From the NCBI GenBank assembly GCA_963843795.1, contig CAWJLW010000006.1, positions 1,550,001-1,614,000 on the forward strand: 64,000 nucleotides of DNA. Reading direction: 5' to 3'. A program made the translations under genes and the position numbers. The DNA comes from an uncultured bacterium (GTDB lineage Bacteria; Armatimonadota; Abditibacteriia; Abditibacteriales; Abditibacteriaceae). A model generated the notes under the pieces. That model did no database searches, was not told the DNA's origin, and worked only from the letters and a program-made list of their open reading frames with translations. The first letter of the stretch is position 1. Each line of letters opens with the position of its first letter. This document shows positions 50,471 through 60,129 of the stretch, piece after piece.

Positions 50471-51706
50471 ATGAGCGAACAAGAACAAAATCCCGAACTC
50501 ACCGACATCGCCAAACAGCCCGAAGCCATTGAAAACGCGGCGCAAAACGATGATCGCGTTGAAATGTGGGACGCAGAAATCGAGATTACTGATGACATCG
50601 ACGCGGGCGAACCCACGCAAAGCGAAGAACACATCGAAGAAATCGACCCGCACTACGTGCCCAAAGACGCCAATGATCCGCACGCCGAAAGTATCGACGA
50701 ACTTTACGACTGCACCATTATTGGCGGCGGCCCGACCGGTTTGTACGGCGCTTTTTACGCTGGAATGCGCGAAATGAAAACCAAAATCATCGATTCGCTG
50801 GGCGAATTGGGCGGTCAGGTTTCGGCACTCTATCCCGAAAAGCTTATCTACGATGTCGCCGGTTTTCCAGCCGTTAAAGGCAAAGAACTCATCGCCGGTT
50901 GTATCGAACAGGGCTTGCAATTTGGCCCCGCCGTTTGCTTAGGCGAAAAAGTCGAGCACTTGGAAAAACACGAAGACGGCACATTCACACTCACGACCGA
51001 AGCTGCGCACGGCGTGCAACACAAGCATCGCACCAAAACGCTGATGGTTGCAGCGGGCGTGGGTGCATTTGCGCCGCGCAAACTTCCGGGCGTGCAGCCC
51101 GACTTGGAAGCCTTAGAAGGCACCGAAATGTTCTATTTTGTCAAGGAATTGGACGTGTTCCAAGATCAGGACATTTTGATCGTCGGCGGCGGCGATAGCG
51201 CGATGGACTGGGCCTTAATGCTGGAGCCAATTGCCAAATCGATCACCCTCATTCACCGCCGCGACAAATGGCGCGCCCACGAAGATTCTGTCAATAAAGT
51301 GATGGCTTCGACTGTCGATGTGCAAACCTTCCACGAAGTGAAAGAAGTGACGGTTGAAGGCAAAAAGATTCAGCAGGTGACGATTTTCAACAACAAGACC
51401 AAAGAAGAAAAGGTTTTGAATATCGACAAAATCGTGATGTGCTTAGGCTTTATCGCCAACATTGGGCCGATTAAAGAATGGGATTTGGAAATCGAAAGCG
51501 GCGGCATTAAAGTCGATCCCGGCTCGATGCAATCCAACATTCCCGGCATCTATGCGGCGGGCGACATCGCGCGCTATGAAGGCAAACTCGGCCTGATTGC
51601 CACCGGTTTTGGCGAAGCGGCGACCGCAGCCAACTACGCCAAACACCACATCGATCCCGAAAGCCGCGTCTTTCCCGGCCATTCTTCGGAACGCGACGGA
51701 CATTGA
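50471..51706 (+). CDS. TrxR-type ferredoxin--NADP reductase (YumC-like) with acidic N-terminal extension
   Basis: IIGGGPTGL, LGGQVSALYPEKLIYDVAGFP, GGGDSAMDWA, LIATGFGEA, PGHSS; no CxxC. Confidence 0.9.
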   Translation: MSEQEQNPELTDIAKQPEAIENAAQNDDRVEMWDAEIEITDDIDAGEPTQSEEHIEEIDPHYVPKDANDPHAESIDELYDCTIIGGGPTGLYGAFYAGMREMKTKIIDSLGELGGQVSALYPEKLIYDVAGFPAVKGKELIAGCIEQGLQFGPAVCLGEKVEHLEKHEDGTFTLTTEAAHGVQHKHRTKTLMVAAGVGAFAPRKLPGVQPDLEALEGTEMFYFVKELDVFQDQDILIVGGGDSAMDWALMLEPIAKSITLIHRRDKWRAHEDSVNKVMASTVDVQTFHEVKEVTVEGKKIQQVTIFNNKTKEEKVLNIDKIVMCLGFIANIGPIKEWDLEIESGGIKVDPGSMQSNIPGIYAAGDIARYEGKLGLIATGFGEAATAANYAKHHIDPESRVFPGHSSERDGH

Positions 51707-51718
51707 CCATGTCGACTT

Positions 51719-51756
51719 AAAAACGCCCGCTGCAAGTACTTGCAGCGGGCGTTTTT
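51719..51756 (+). terminator. 38-bp perfect palindrome centred on GCAAGTACTTGC
   Basis: AAAAACGCCCGCTGCAAGT|ACTTGCAGCGGGCGTTTTT. Confidence 0.85.
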
Positions 51757-51792
51757 GGTTTATGAGTGGCTCAATCGGGCAAACTGTGAGGT

Positions 51793-53823
51793 GTGAAAAA
51801 ATCAAAAGCGCGCACTTGGAAAATCCGCCGCGACATCGCTCTTCCGCGCCACGCAGTGTGGCATTTGATGTCGCACACCGATCATCTCAATCGCGCCATC
51901 GGCTTTCCCGAAGTGGTTTTTGAATCGCTACCCGAAGATCGTAATGTGCTTTATCGTGACGCGCGCATGACGACCAACGGATTGACGATGAATTATCACG
52001 AATATCCGTTCAACTGGCAAAACGACCGGCATTACGATATTCGTCGCGTCTTTTTAGGCGGACCATTTCAGGAAATCAGCGGCGGCATCAAGCTCGACGA
52101 TTCCAAATCTTTTCCAGGTGGAACACAAGTCGAAATTTACGTGACGATTGCGCACGCCAATGTCGCGGGCTTCATCATCGCGCCCAAATTCGCCAACGAT
52201 TCACTGCAAAAAACCTGGAATTATATCGAAAATCAGCTTCATCGCCATGAACAGGAGAACGCGCGCGCTGCAGTTCTGCAACAAGAAGCTGTCGCGGAAC
52301 AGGCCAGCGCCGAGCACACGTCCAACGCCGAAATCGACTATGATTTAGAGTTTGCGCTTCCCTTACCGATCCGCAAGCCGAAGGTGGATGAAATCGCGCT
52401 CGAAGTGGCGCAACGACGTTTGCTGGCGCAGTCGCGCGATGAAGTAATGGAGCGCGGACATCGCGCCTTAGACCGCGATATTATTAATCGTGTGGCAGCG
52501 TTCGTGCGGAAGCGCGGGGATGACGAAGTGCGGTCGATGCGACCTTTTCATCTAGCGCGCACTTGGGAATGCGACCCCGATCAAACATTGCGCGTATTTT
52601 TGTATGCCACGCGTGCCGGCTTATTAGATTTGTCGTGGCAGCTCATGTGCCCCAACTGCCGCGTTTCCAAAGTTGAAGATGCGCAGATGAGCGAGTTGAA
52701 CGTCGATTTTCACTGCGATGCCTGCGGCGTAATGTATCGCGCTGACTTCGACCGTTACATCGAACTGCGCTTTCGTCCCCACGCCGCGATTCGCGACGTG
52801 ACAACGGGCGAATATTGCATTGGTGGCCCCTTCATGACGCCGCACATTTTGTTACAGCAGATGGTCGCGCCCGGCGAAAAAATGTCCTTACCGGTTCCTA
52901 CTAATGATCTGGCTACTAACGCGCCGATTGGACCGCTGCGCCTGCGCACTCTGCGCCACAATCACAGTCTCGATTTGGAAATTGATGCTTCAAATCTCAC
53001 CACTGTGGATTCACGTGTGTTGGTTTACGAAGACGAGGGCTGGACGCGGCTGCAATCTTCGGTTCGTGGCGGTGAAATTAAAATTCATAATAACACGCAA
53101 AACACAATTCTGCTGGCCATAGAAAAACGTCAGTGGGACGATTTGGCGGTGACAGCGGCATATGTAACCACAATGAACGAGTTCCGCGAACTGTTTGGTT
53201 CGCAAGTACTTGCACCGGGCCAAAGCGTTGGCGTGCAAAACTTGACGATCTTCTTTTCCGATCTCAAAGATTCAACTGCGATGTATGAAATGCACGGCGA
53301 CGCACCCGCTTTTGGCCGCGTGCGTTCCATGTTCGATTACTTGTTCAATCATCTGGAAACCAACGATGGCGCGATTGTGAAAACTATTGGCGATGCGGTG
53401 ATGGCGGTTTTTCGCACTCCTGAACATGCGGTGCGCGCCGCCATCGCAATGCAAAACGACATCGCCAAATTCAATGACACGCTGAGCGAAAAAATGGAAA
53501 ACGAGACTCCCTTGATTTTAAAAATCGGCCTACACACTGGCCCGTCCATCGTAGTCAATTCCAACGACCGTCTGGATTATTTCGGGCGCACTGTAAACCT
53601 GGCAGCACGCATTCAAGGCGCCAGTACGGGCAACGATCTAGTGTTGTCGCGCGAAGTTTTAGACAGCCCCGGCGTGCGCGAAATCCTTAGAAATTCTCCA
53701 CCGTTGCGCCCCTTTCTCGCCCGTTTGAAAGGTATCAACGATATGGTCGAACTGTATCGCGTGCCATTAGACAATCTCGATTTGAACACTGTAGAAGAAA
53801 CCTCTGCAGTCGCCAGCGCCTAA
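51793..53823 (+). CDS. Class III adenylate/guanylate cyclase with SRPBCC-like N-terminus and DUF5939 (CxxC...CxxC) domain
   Basis: FSDLKDST, VKTIGDAVMA, DYFGRTVNLAAR; CPNC and CDAC. Confidence 0.88.
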   Translation: MKKSKARTWKIRRDIALPRHAVWHLMSHTDHLNRAIGFPEVVFESLPEDRNVLYRDARMTTNGLTMNYHEYPFNWQNDRHYDIRRVFLGGPFQEISGGIKLDDSKSFPGGTQVEIYVTIAHANVAGFIIAPKFANDSLQKTWNYIENQLHRHEQENARAAVLQQEAVAEQASAEHTSNAEIDYDLEFALPLPIRKPKVDEIALEVAQRRLLAQSRDEVMERGHRALDRDIINRVAAFVRKRGDDEVRSMRPFHLARTWECDPDQTLRVFLYATRAGLLDLSWQLMCPNCRVSKVEDAQMSELNVDFHCDACGVMYRADFDRYIELRFRPHAAIRDVTTGEYCIGGPFMTPHILLQQMVAPGEKMSLPVPTNDLATNAPIGPLRLRTLRHNHSLDLEIDASNLTTVDSRVLVYEDEGWTRLQSSVRGGEIKIHNNTQNTILLAIEKRQWDDLAVTAAYVTTMNEFRELFGSQVLAPGQSVGVQNLTIFFSDLKDSTAMYEMHGDAPAFGRVRSMFDYLFNHLETNDGAIVKTIGDAVMAVFRTPEHAVRAAIAMQNDIAKFNDTLSEKMENETPLILKIGLHTGPSIVVNSNDRLDYFGRTVNLAARIQGASTGNDLVLSREVLDSPGVREILRNSPPLRPFLARLKGINDMVELYRVPLDNLDLNTVEETSAVASA

Positions 53824-53840
53824 CAAAGCTTTCGTAGTGC

Positions 53841-53866
53841 GCTGCAAGTACTTGCAGCACGTTTTT
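53841..53866 (+). terminator. Short core-centred hairpin followed by a T tract
   Basis: GCTGCAAGTACTTGCAGC-ACGTTTTT. Confidence 0.55.
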
Positions 53867-53883
53867 GTCTATAATTCCATCGT

Positions 53884-54921
53884 ATGAACACAAACATCAA
53901 TTTTACAATCGCAAAGGATGCCGTCGATCCCGCTCAAGTGCCGACGCGCACGTTATCCAGTGGCGCGAAAATTCCCGCCATCGGTTTGGGCACCTTTGGC
54001 TCGGATTTGTATCAGGGCGAAGAAATCGCCAGCGCCGTCATCGAAGCCGCCAGCGTCGGTTATCGCCATTTCGACTGCGCGGCGGTTTACGGCAATGAAC
54101 ATCTTATCGGGCAGTCGCTACAAACGATTATGAATGGCGGCATTGCGCGTGAAGAATTGTGGATTACATCCAAACTTTGGAACGATAAGCATGATGAAAA
54201 CGATGTAATTGCGGCCTGTCAAAAATCGTTGCGCGATTTGGGATTGGAAACGTTAGATTTATATCTGGTACATTGGCCGTTTCCCAATTATCACGCGCCC
54301 GGATGCGATGTTAACGCGCGCAATCCTGATGCAAAACCTTATATCCACGAAAATTTCATGAAGACGTGGCGGCAAATGGAAAAGCTGGTTGAAATGGGTT
54401 TGGTGCGCCACATCGGAAGCTCGAATATGACAATTCCCAAGCTCGAACTTCTGCTGCGCGATGCCAAAATTGCACCCAGTTGCAACGAATTGGAATTGCA
54501 TCCCCATTTCCAACAGCCTGAACTATTCGCTTGGCTGCGCGATCACGACATTGTGCCGATTGGTTATTCACCCATTGGCTCGCCCAAACGTCCCGCCCGC
54601 GACACCACGCCCGATGATACAGTTGACATTGAAGACCCAGTTATTGTCGAAATCGCTGCGCGTTTAGATTTGCATCCCGCATCTTTGTGTGTGAAATGGG
54701 CACAGCAACGCGGCCAGATTCCGATTCCATTTTCGACCACGCGCCGCAATTATTTGAGCAATTTGCAAAGCGTAGTAGGGCCGCCACTTTCGGATGACGA
54801 TATGAAAGCGATTGCACAAATTGATAAAGATTGTCGTTTGATTAAAGGTCAGGTTTTCCTGTGGCGCGACAATCAGGATTGGCGTGATTTGTGGGACGAA
54901 GATGGCACAATTGCGCAGTAA
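53884..54921 (+). CDS. Aldo/keto reductase
   Basis: IPAIGLGT, GYRHFDCAAVYGNE, DLYLVHWP. Confidence 0.94.
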   Translation: MNTNINFTIAKDAVDPAQVPTRTLSSGAKIPAIGLGTFGSDLYQGEEIASAVIEAASVGYRHFDCAAVYGNEHLIGQSLQTIMNGGIAREELWITSKLWNDKHDENDVIAACQKSLRDLGLETLDLYLVHWPFPNYHAPGCDVNARNPDAKPYIHENFMKTWRQMEKLVEMGLVRHIGSSNMTIPKLELLLRDAKIAPSCNELELHPHFQQPELFAWLRDHDIVPIGYSPIGSPKRPARDTTPDDTVDIEDPVIVEIAARLDLHPASLCVKWAQQRGQIPIPFSTTRRNYLSNLQSVVGPPLSDDDMKAIAQIDKDCRLIKGQVFLWRDNQDWRDLWDEDGTIAQ

Positions 54922-54925
54922 AATA

Positions 54926-54975
54926 TAGAAATGAAAAGCGCGCTGCAAGTACTTGCAGCGCGCTTTTCATTTCTA
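54926..54975. terminator. 50-bp perfect palindrome centred on GCAAGTACTTGC
   Basis: TAGAAATGAAAAGCGCGCTGCAAGT|ACTTGCAGCGCGCTTTTCATTTCTA between convergent genes. Confidence 0.87.
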
Positions 54976-54984
54976 ATCCACCGA

Positions 54985-57018
54985 TTATTTCATCGTGGGA
55001 ATGTAAGCATCGAGCTTTTTCGGCTGGCCGATTTTTACCAGAATCGCGCCATGTGGCGGCACTTCGGTGGTGAACGCTTCGCGCGCTTTGGCGAGATCTT
55101 TCTGCTGCCACAGATCGCGCACCGGCTGCGCGCCTTGCAATTTCAAATCGCTCCATTTCGCCGTCACTTTTTGGTTTTCGGTGCTGCGATTAAAAAGGCC
55201 AACAGCGATGGTGCCATCCCATAGCGGGCGCATCCAGACTTCGGTTTCATCGCCTTTCCACACGCGATGACCCTGAATTCCCAGCGGGTCTTGATCGACA
55301 TCAATTACTTCATCGTTGCTGAGGGCGTTAATGGTAAACGGTGTCACTTTTGACAAATCGCTGCCAATGAGAAGCGGTGCGGCGAGAATGCTCCACAATG
55401 AAAGATGAGTAATCTGTTCGGTCGGCTGCAGCGCGTGCATGAACAGCATATCGGGATCGTTCCAGTTGCCGGGTTTGGCATAGGGGAACTGCCAGGTTTG
55501 ACCGAAACCGATGCCCGCCATGCTGCCATACGACGGCCCGATGTCGCCGGTCGTGCGCCACAAATTACCATGAACTTGGTCGCCCCATTTGGGCACTTCG
55601 GCCATGCCATACTGGCACAAGCTGTAAACGATATCGCGTGGCGCGTTGCTGAGTAAGTCGCCCATCACACGATAGGGCTTTTGTTGTTTTTCCAGTTCTG
55701 GCATGGTCTGCTTGGCCGCGATGCCGCCATAGGAACACCAATCATATTTCAAGTAATCGACGCCCCATTTCGCATATGTCGCCACATCTTGAGCTTCATG
55801 TTCCCATGAGCCATCGTAACCGGCACAGGTTTTCGGCCCGGGCGAAGAATAAATGCCAAATTTGAATCCCATCGCGTGCAAGCGCTCGCCCAGCACTTTC
55901 ATGTCGCCAAACTTTTGGTTGACGCCAATTTCTCCGTTCGCCAAGCGCGGGGCTTGCCAGCAATCGTCGATATTAACGTATTGATAACCGTGATTAATCA
56001 AACCGGTTTTCACCAACCAATCGGCGGCTTCTCGCACTTTTTTCTCATCAACGTTGCAATAATAAATGTTCCACGAGTTCCAGCCCATCGGCGGGGTAAG
56101 CGCCAGTTTGTCTTTGCCTCCGACAATCGTGAGTTTGCGCGAGGTAGTTCCACGTTCGCCTTTTACGCTCAAAGTCGTAACCGTAACGCCGTTTTTTTGT
56201 AGGCTGCCAGAGATAATGCCGGTTTGGGCGTCGATAGTTAAACCAGCGGGCAAATTTTTGGCGCTATATTGCAATGTCCCAAGACCAGTGGCGGGCACTT
56301 TAAATAAAAACGGGCGGCCCGGCGTGGCGCCGGTGATGCGCGCTCCGTGAATTCGCGGTGCAGCGGGCAAGGTCATCGCAATGGGCGGAGGCGGCGTATC
56401 GATAACCGATGATTTCAGCAGTTGAGGTTTTTGGGCGGAGTTAGGTAGCAGTTTCAGTAACGCCCCGGCCCAGTCGGCGTGGTCGGAGTCGATACCATCG
56501 TTGCCATCGGTGACGCGGAGTGTGAGCTTTTTAGCTCCGGTGAGATCGACCGAGAACAAATGCGGCGCTTGCTTGCCTTTGAGAATGCCGCTGCGAGCGA
56601 CGGTTTTGCCATCGACCCTCACCAGAAATTCGACCGAACCATTACCATTTTTCTCATCATCGACACCGGCCATCGCTATGAAGCGCGTAGCAACACCTTT
56701 CAGGTCGATACTGATTTCGCTGCGCGCGTGAGTTCCGATGCCGTGTGGATAAGTTTTGCCGGAAAGCATCAGCGGATTAGCATCGACCGACAACTTCGAT
56801 TGGGCCTTGCCGTATTCCTGATCGATAAGGCTCAGATTCAGCGTATCGAGCCAGAGCGCATTATCGGGCGTGGTGTTGGCTTGTGCCAGCGCCTCATCGG
56901 TTTCCATGTTTTGCGCAACGCAGTTCACAGTCAACGGCGCGCTCGCCAACATTAGAGCACAGGCCGTCCAGTGCTTCGCAACCTTTTTTCGTCCACCAAA
57001 TTCCAACGCATTTGCCAT
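54985..57018 (-). CDS. GH27 alpha-galactosidase with NPCBM/NEW2 and Ig-like domains
   Basis: TPPMGWNSWN, NIDDCWQ, DYLKYDWC, WRTTGDI, WNDPDML; GIGTHA...DHADW. Confidence 0.93.
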   Translation of the reverse strand: MANALEFGGRKKVAKHWTACALMLASAPLTVNCVAQNMETDEALAQANTTPDNALWLDTLNLSLIDQEYGKAQSKLSVDANPLMLSGKTYPHGIGTHARSEISIDLKGVATRFIAMAGVDDEKNGNGSVEFLVRVDGKTVARSGILKGKQAPHLFSVDLTGAKKLTLRVTDGNDGIDSDHADWAGALLKLLPNSAQKPQLLKSSVIDTPPPPIAMTLPAAPRIHGARITGATPGRPFLFKVPATGLGTLQYSAKNLPAGLTIDAQTGIISGSLQKNGVTVTTLSVKGERGTTSRKLTIVGGKDKLALTPPMGWNSWNIYYCNVDEKKVREAADWLVKTGLINHGYQYVNIDDCWQAPRLANGEIGVNQKFGDMKVLGERLHAMGFKFGIYSSPGPKTCAGYDGSWEHEAQDVATYAKWGVDYLKYDWCSYGGIAAKQTMPELEKQQKPYRVMGDLLSNAPRDIVYSLCQYGMAEVPKWGDQVHGNLWRTTGDIGPSYGSMAGIGFGQTWQFPYAKPGNWNDPDMLFMHALQPTEQITHLSLWSILAAPLLIGSDLSKVTPFTINALSNDEVIDVDQDPLGIQGHRVWKGDETEVWMRPLWDGTIAVGLFNRSTENQKVTAKWSDLKLQGAQPVRDLWQQKDLAKAREAFTTEVPPHGAILVKIGQPKKLDAYIPTMK

Positions 57019-57100
57019 ATTCGGTTTCTCCTTGAGCGCCGCTACAATACGGTCGCGCGGCTTAGTTTAATGACGAAAATAGGCTGCGACAGATTTATTT

Positions 57101-58876
57101 TCAGGACACGAAATCAGGCGCAATGTCTTCCGACACAAGATTTTCGGGAGTGATTTTTTCAGACGCGTCGCTTGTCCTATCATCCTGAATTCCGGCGACC
57201 GGCAAATTATGCAGTCCGGTAAAAATATGCTGATGCGGCAATCCGAGCAGCAAAAGCGTTTCTTCCAGCAGCATCAGCGCCCCTGCGACTTCGGGGATTA
57301 CGACCGCCGTCGCACCGGCGCGACGCAATTTGACATCGTTTTCGGTGCGCTGAGCGCGCGCCACAATTAAAATTTCGGGGTTGGACTGCCGAACATTATG
57401 AACCACAGCGCGCGTTGAACCAAAATCGGGCAGCGCCACAACGACCAGGCGCGCGCGTTCGGGATGTGCGGCTTCGAGGACATTCCGATACGAGGCATCG
57501 CCATAAATCGCGGGCAAACCTTCGGCAATAATTTCGCGCACTAAATTCAATTCTTGTTCGATGATGAGAACCGGCAAACCGGCCTGTCGCATTCCGCGCG
57601 CCATACGTTCGCCGACGCGTCCGTAGCCCACGATGATGGCATGGTTCTCCAATGCGGGAATGGGCGGTATTAAGGGCGCGCGCGCGCTCATCAAACGATT
57701 GAGAAAAGTCATTTTAGCAAGCGCGCGTCCGACACGTGGTGCGACCCAGAAAGCCAAAGGCGCACACAAAATCGTCACCAATGCCGCCGATAAAATCAGG
57801 TTATACAATCCCCTGGGAATCGCGCCCGCTTCCAAACCAGCGCGCGCTAATACGAAGTTAAATTCGCCAATCGAAATCATGCCCAGAGAAGCAAACGCGG
57901 TTGTTTTTTGCCCTAGACGAAACGGCAAAAGCGCCAGACCGGTCAAAAGTGCTTTGGCCACCATAATGAACAACGCCATTCCAAGAACGGCAGGCAAATG
58001 GGCGATAATAAAGCGCACATCAATCAGCATTCCCACCGAAACGAAAAACAGCGTGGCGAACAAATCGCGCATCGGCACCATCTCGGCCATGATGCGATGA
58101 TCGAATTCCGTTTCGGTCAACATCAGACCCGCCATAAACGCACCCAAGGCGGGCGATAATCCCAACAACGCGCTGGCCGAAGCCGTACCCAATGCCAAAA
58201 CCACCGCAGTCAACAAGAACAGTTCAGCAGATTGCAATTGTTCGACGCGCGCCATCAGCGCGGGCACGACGCGCGCCCCTAAAAATAGCGTGACAGCGAT
58301 AAACGCTACCGCTTTGAAAGCAACCCACAAAAAATCCTGAGCGCTGCCTCCGCCCTGACCGGACAATTTTGGCAGCAATAAAATCAACAAAACAACGACC
58401 AAATCTTGCACGATAAGCATTCCCAACAATAAGCGCCCATGATTGGAAGCGATTTCGCCGCGATTCATCAAGTTCTTCAAAATTACCATCGTGCTGCTGA
58501 TGCTGATGATGCCGCCGAAAAATACGCTGCGCGCAAGCGGCCAGCCCAAAACATGACCCAGCGCGGTTCCCGCCAGCAAAATCGAAAACACTTGAACGGT
58601 GGTGCCGATAACTGCTGGCCCTTTAATGCGCGCCAATTCTTTGAGCGAAAACTCGATGCCCAACGCGAACATCAAAAAGAGCACGCCGATTTCGGCCAAA
58701 ACCGCGATTTGTTCTCGGTCGGCCACAAAGCCAGGCGTGAACGGCCCAATCGCCATGCCCGCAACCAGATAACCGATAATAGGCGACTGACGCAACCAGT
58801 GAGCGACCAGGCCGCCGGAAAGCGCTACCATGATGGCCACAGTGAGCGAAACGATCAGTTCAAGTTCGTGATTCAT
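57101..58876 (-). CDS. CPA2 cation:proton antiporter with TrkA-N domain (YbaL/KefB-like)
   Basis: EIGVLFLMFALGIEFS, LIVQD, LGAFMAG, IIVGYGRVG. Confidence 0.92.
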   Translation of the reverse strand: MNHELELIVSLTVAIMVALSGGLVAHWLRQSPIIGYLVAGMAIGPFTPGFVADREQIAVLAEIGVLFLMFALGIEFSLKELARIKGPAVIGTTVQVFSILLAGTALGHVLGWPLARSVFFGGIISISSTMVILKNLMNRGEIASNHGRLLLGMLIVQDLVVVLLILLLPKLSGQGGGSAQDFLWVAFKAVAFIAVTLFLGARVVPALMARVEQLQSAELFLLTAVVLALGTASASALLGLSPALGAFMAGLMLTETEFDHRIMAEMVPMRDLFATLFFVSVGMLIDVRFIIAHLPAVLGMALFIMVAKALLTGLALLPFRLGQKTTAFASLGMISIGEFNFVLARAGLEAGAIPRGLYNLILSAALVTILCAPLAFWVAPRVGRALAKMTFLNRLMSARAPLIPPIPALENHAIIVGYGRVGERMARGMRQAGLPVLIIEQELNLVREIIAEGLPAIYGDASYRNVLEAAHPERARLVVVALPDFGSTRAVVHNVRQSNPEILIVARAQRTENDVKLRRAGATAVVIPEVAGALMLLEETLLLLGLPHQHIFTGLHNLPVAGIQDDRTSDASEKITPENLVSEDIAPDFVS

Positions 58877-59096
58877 AAAATCAATAGAAATTAATGCTAT
58901 TTACAATGAATGAGGATACAACAAGCGCAAAATCGACTTGCAAATGCCTGAGCAGGTTACTTGCCTTTTCAATTTTGCCAGAAAAACAGTGATTTCTTAT
59001 ACTGGAATTCCAAGCAACGCCGTGACAATTTGGACGTTGTTGATGGCAAAGCAAATCGTTGTGCAATTTGTCCGGTGCAGTGCTGTGGAGAGAAAA

Positions 59097-59675
59097 ATGA
59101 CAATTAGAAACCAACTTTTGGGGACATTTCTAGCCAGCTCGGTGGCGGCCATTGCGCTGGGCGTTTATATCAGCGATCCGACTGCACAGGCCAGCAATTT
59201 CAACGCAAATCGCGACACAACTTCGCAAACAGCCCAACCATCGATCGAAAAAGCTCAATCTGCGAACAACCAAACCGAAGCCAAGCCCACCAAAACAGAA
59301 GCGGCGATAATAACGAAAATTGCTTGGCAGCCGGATTTTGTCACTGCGCAACGCGTTTCCAAAACGAGCGACAAACCCCTGATGATCGTTTTCGGCGCTG
59401 AGTGGTGTGGCGCTTGTAAAATGCTGGAAAAGAATACTCTGTCTAATGTGAGCGTAGTTGAAGCCGCTCAAAACTGGGTTGCGGTCGAAATCGACGTGGA
59501 CAAAGAACCTGAACTCGCCGCGCGATATGGAATCAAAAGCCTCCCGACAACGGTGTTCTTCAAAGGCGATAGCAAGAAATTTGGCTTTGTCGGAGCCGCA
59601 GGGCCAGAAGATATGCTCAACGTGATGCAAACGGCGCGCGCCAAGTTACAGGGCGCACCGGCCTCGCAAAGCTGA
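59097..59675 (+). CDS. Exported thioredoxin family protein
   Basis: Signal/anchor sequence, WCGAC, cis-Pro SLPT. Confidence 0.85.
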   Translation: MTIRNQLLGTFLASSVAAIALGVYISDPTAQASNFNANRDTTSQTAQPSIEKAQSANNQTEAKPTKTEAAIITKIAWQPDFVTAQRVSKTSDKPLMIVFGAEWCGACKMLEKNTLSNVSVVEAAQNWVAVEIDVDKEPELAARYGIKSLPTTVFFKGDSKKFGFVGAAGPEDMLNVMQTARAKLQGAPASQS

Positions 59676-59761
59676 TAGCAGACCAACACACCTATTTCCA
59701 AACCTATTCCATCGTGATTTGAGCCAGAAGCTCGAGCCGATTCATTTTAAAGGAGACACAC

Positions 59762-60073
59762 ATGAAGAAGACATTGTTTTTTGCAGGTGCTGCGTTGCTG
59801 ATGGCGTCTTGCACACTGCCCGTTCAAGCGGCTCCGGCCAAAACCAAAGCCCCCGCCAAAACATCCAAGACCAAAATCACCGAAGTCAAAGTCTGTCCGA
59901 TAACGATGGAGCCGGTGGTTGGCAAAGGTGCAGGTTCGCAGGTCATGGGCGACAAGCGCGTCTATTTCTGCTGTGAAGGTTGTCAGCCCGCTTTTAACAA
60001 ACTGCCCAAAGGCGAGCAAGCCAAAAAGCTCAAAGCGGCAACGGAAAAGCAGAACGCAAAGAAAAAAGGCTGA
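59762..60073 (+). CDS. Secreted YHS/TRASH-like small protein
   Basis: AAGGAG RBS, signal peptide, CPIT...YFCCEGC. Confidence 0.8.
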   Translation: MKKTLFFAGAALLMASCTLPVQAAPAKTKAPAKTSKTKITEVKVCPITMEPVVGKGAGSQVMGDKRVYFCCEGCQPAFNKLPKGEQAKKLKAATEKQNAKKKG

Positions 60074-60086
60074 GCAACAACAAAAT

Positions 60087-60126
60087 CAAAACAACGCCCT
60101 GCAAGTACTTGCAGGGCGTTGTTTTG
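60087..60126. terminator. 40-bp perfect palindrome centred on GCAAGTACTTGC
   Basis: CAAAACAACGCCCTGCAAGT|ACTTGCAGGGCGTTGTTTTG between convergent genes. Confidence 0.85.
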
Positions 60127-60129
60127 GCT

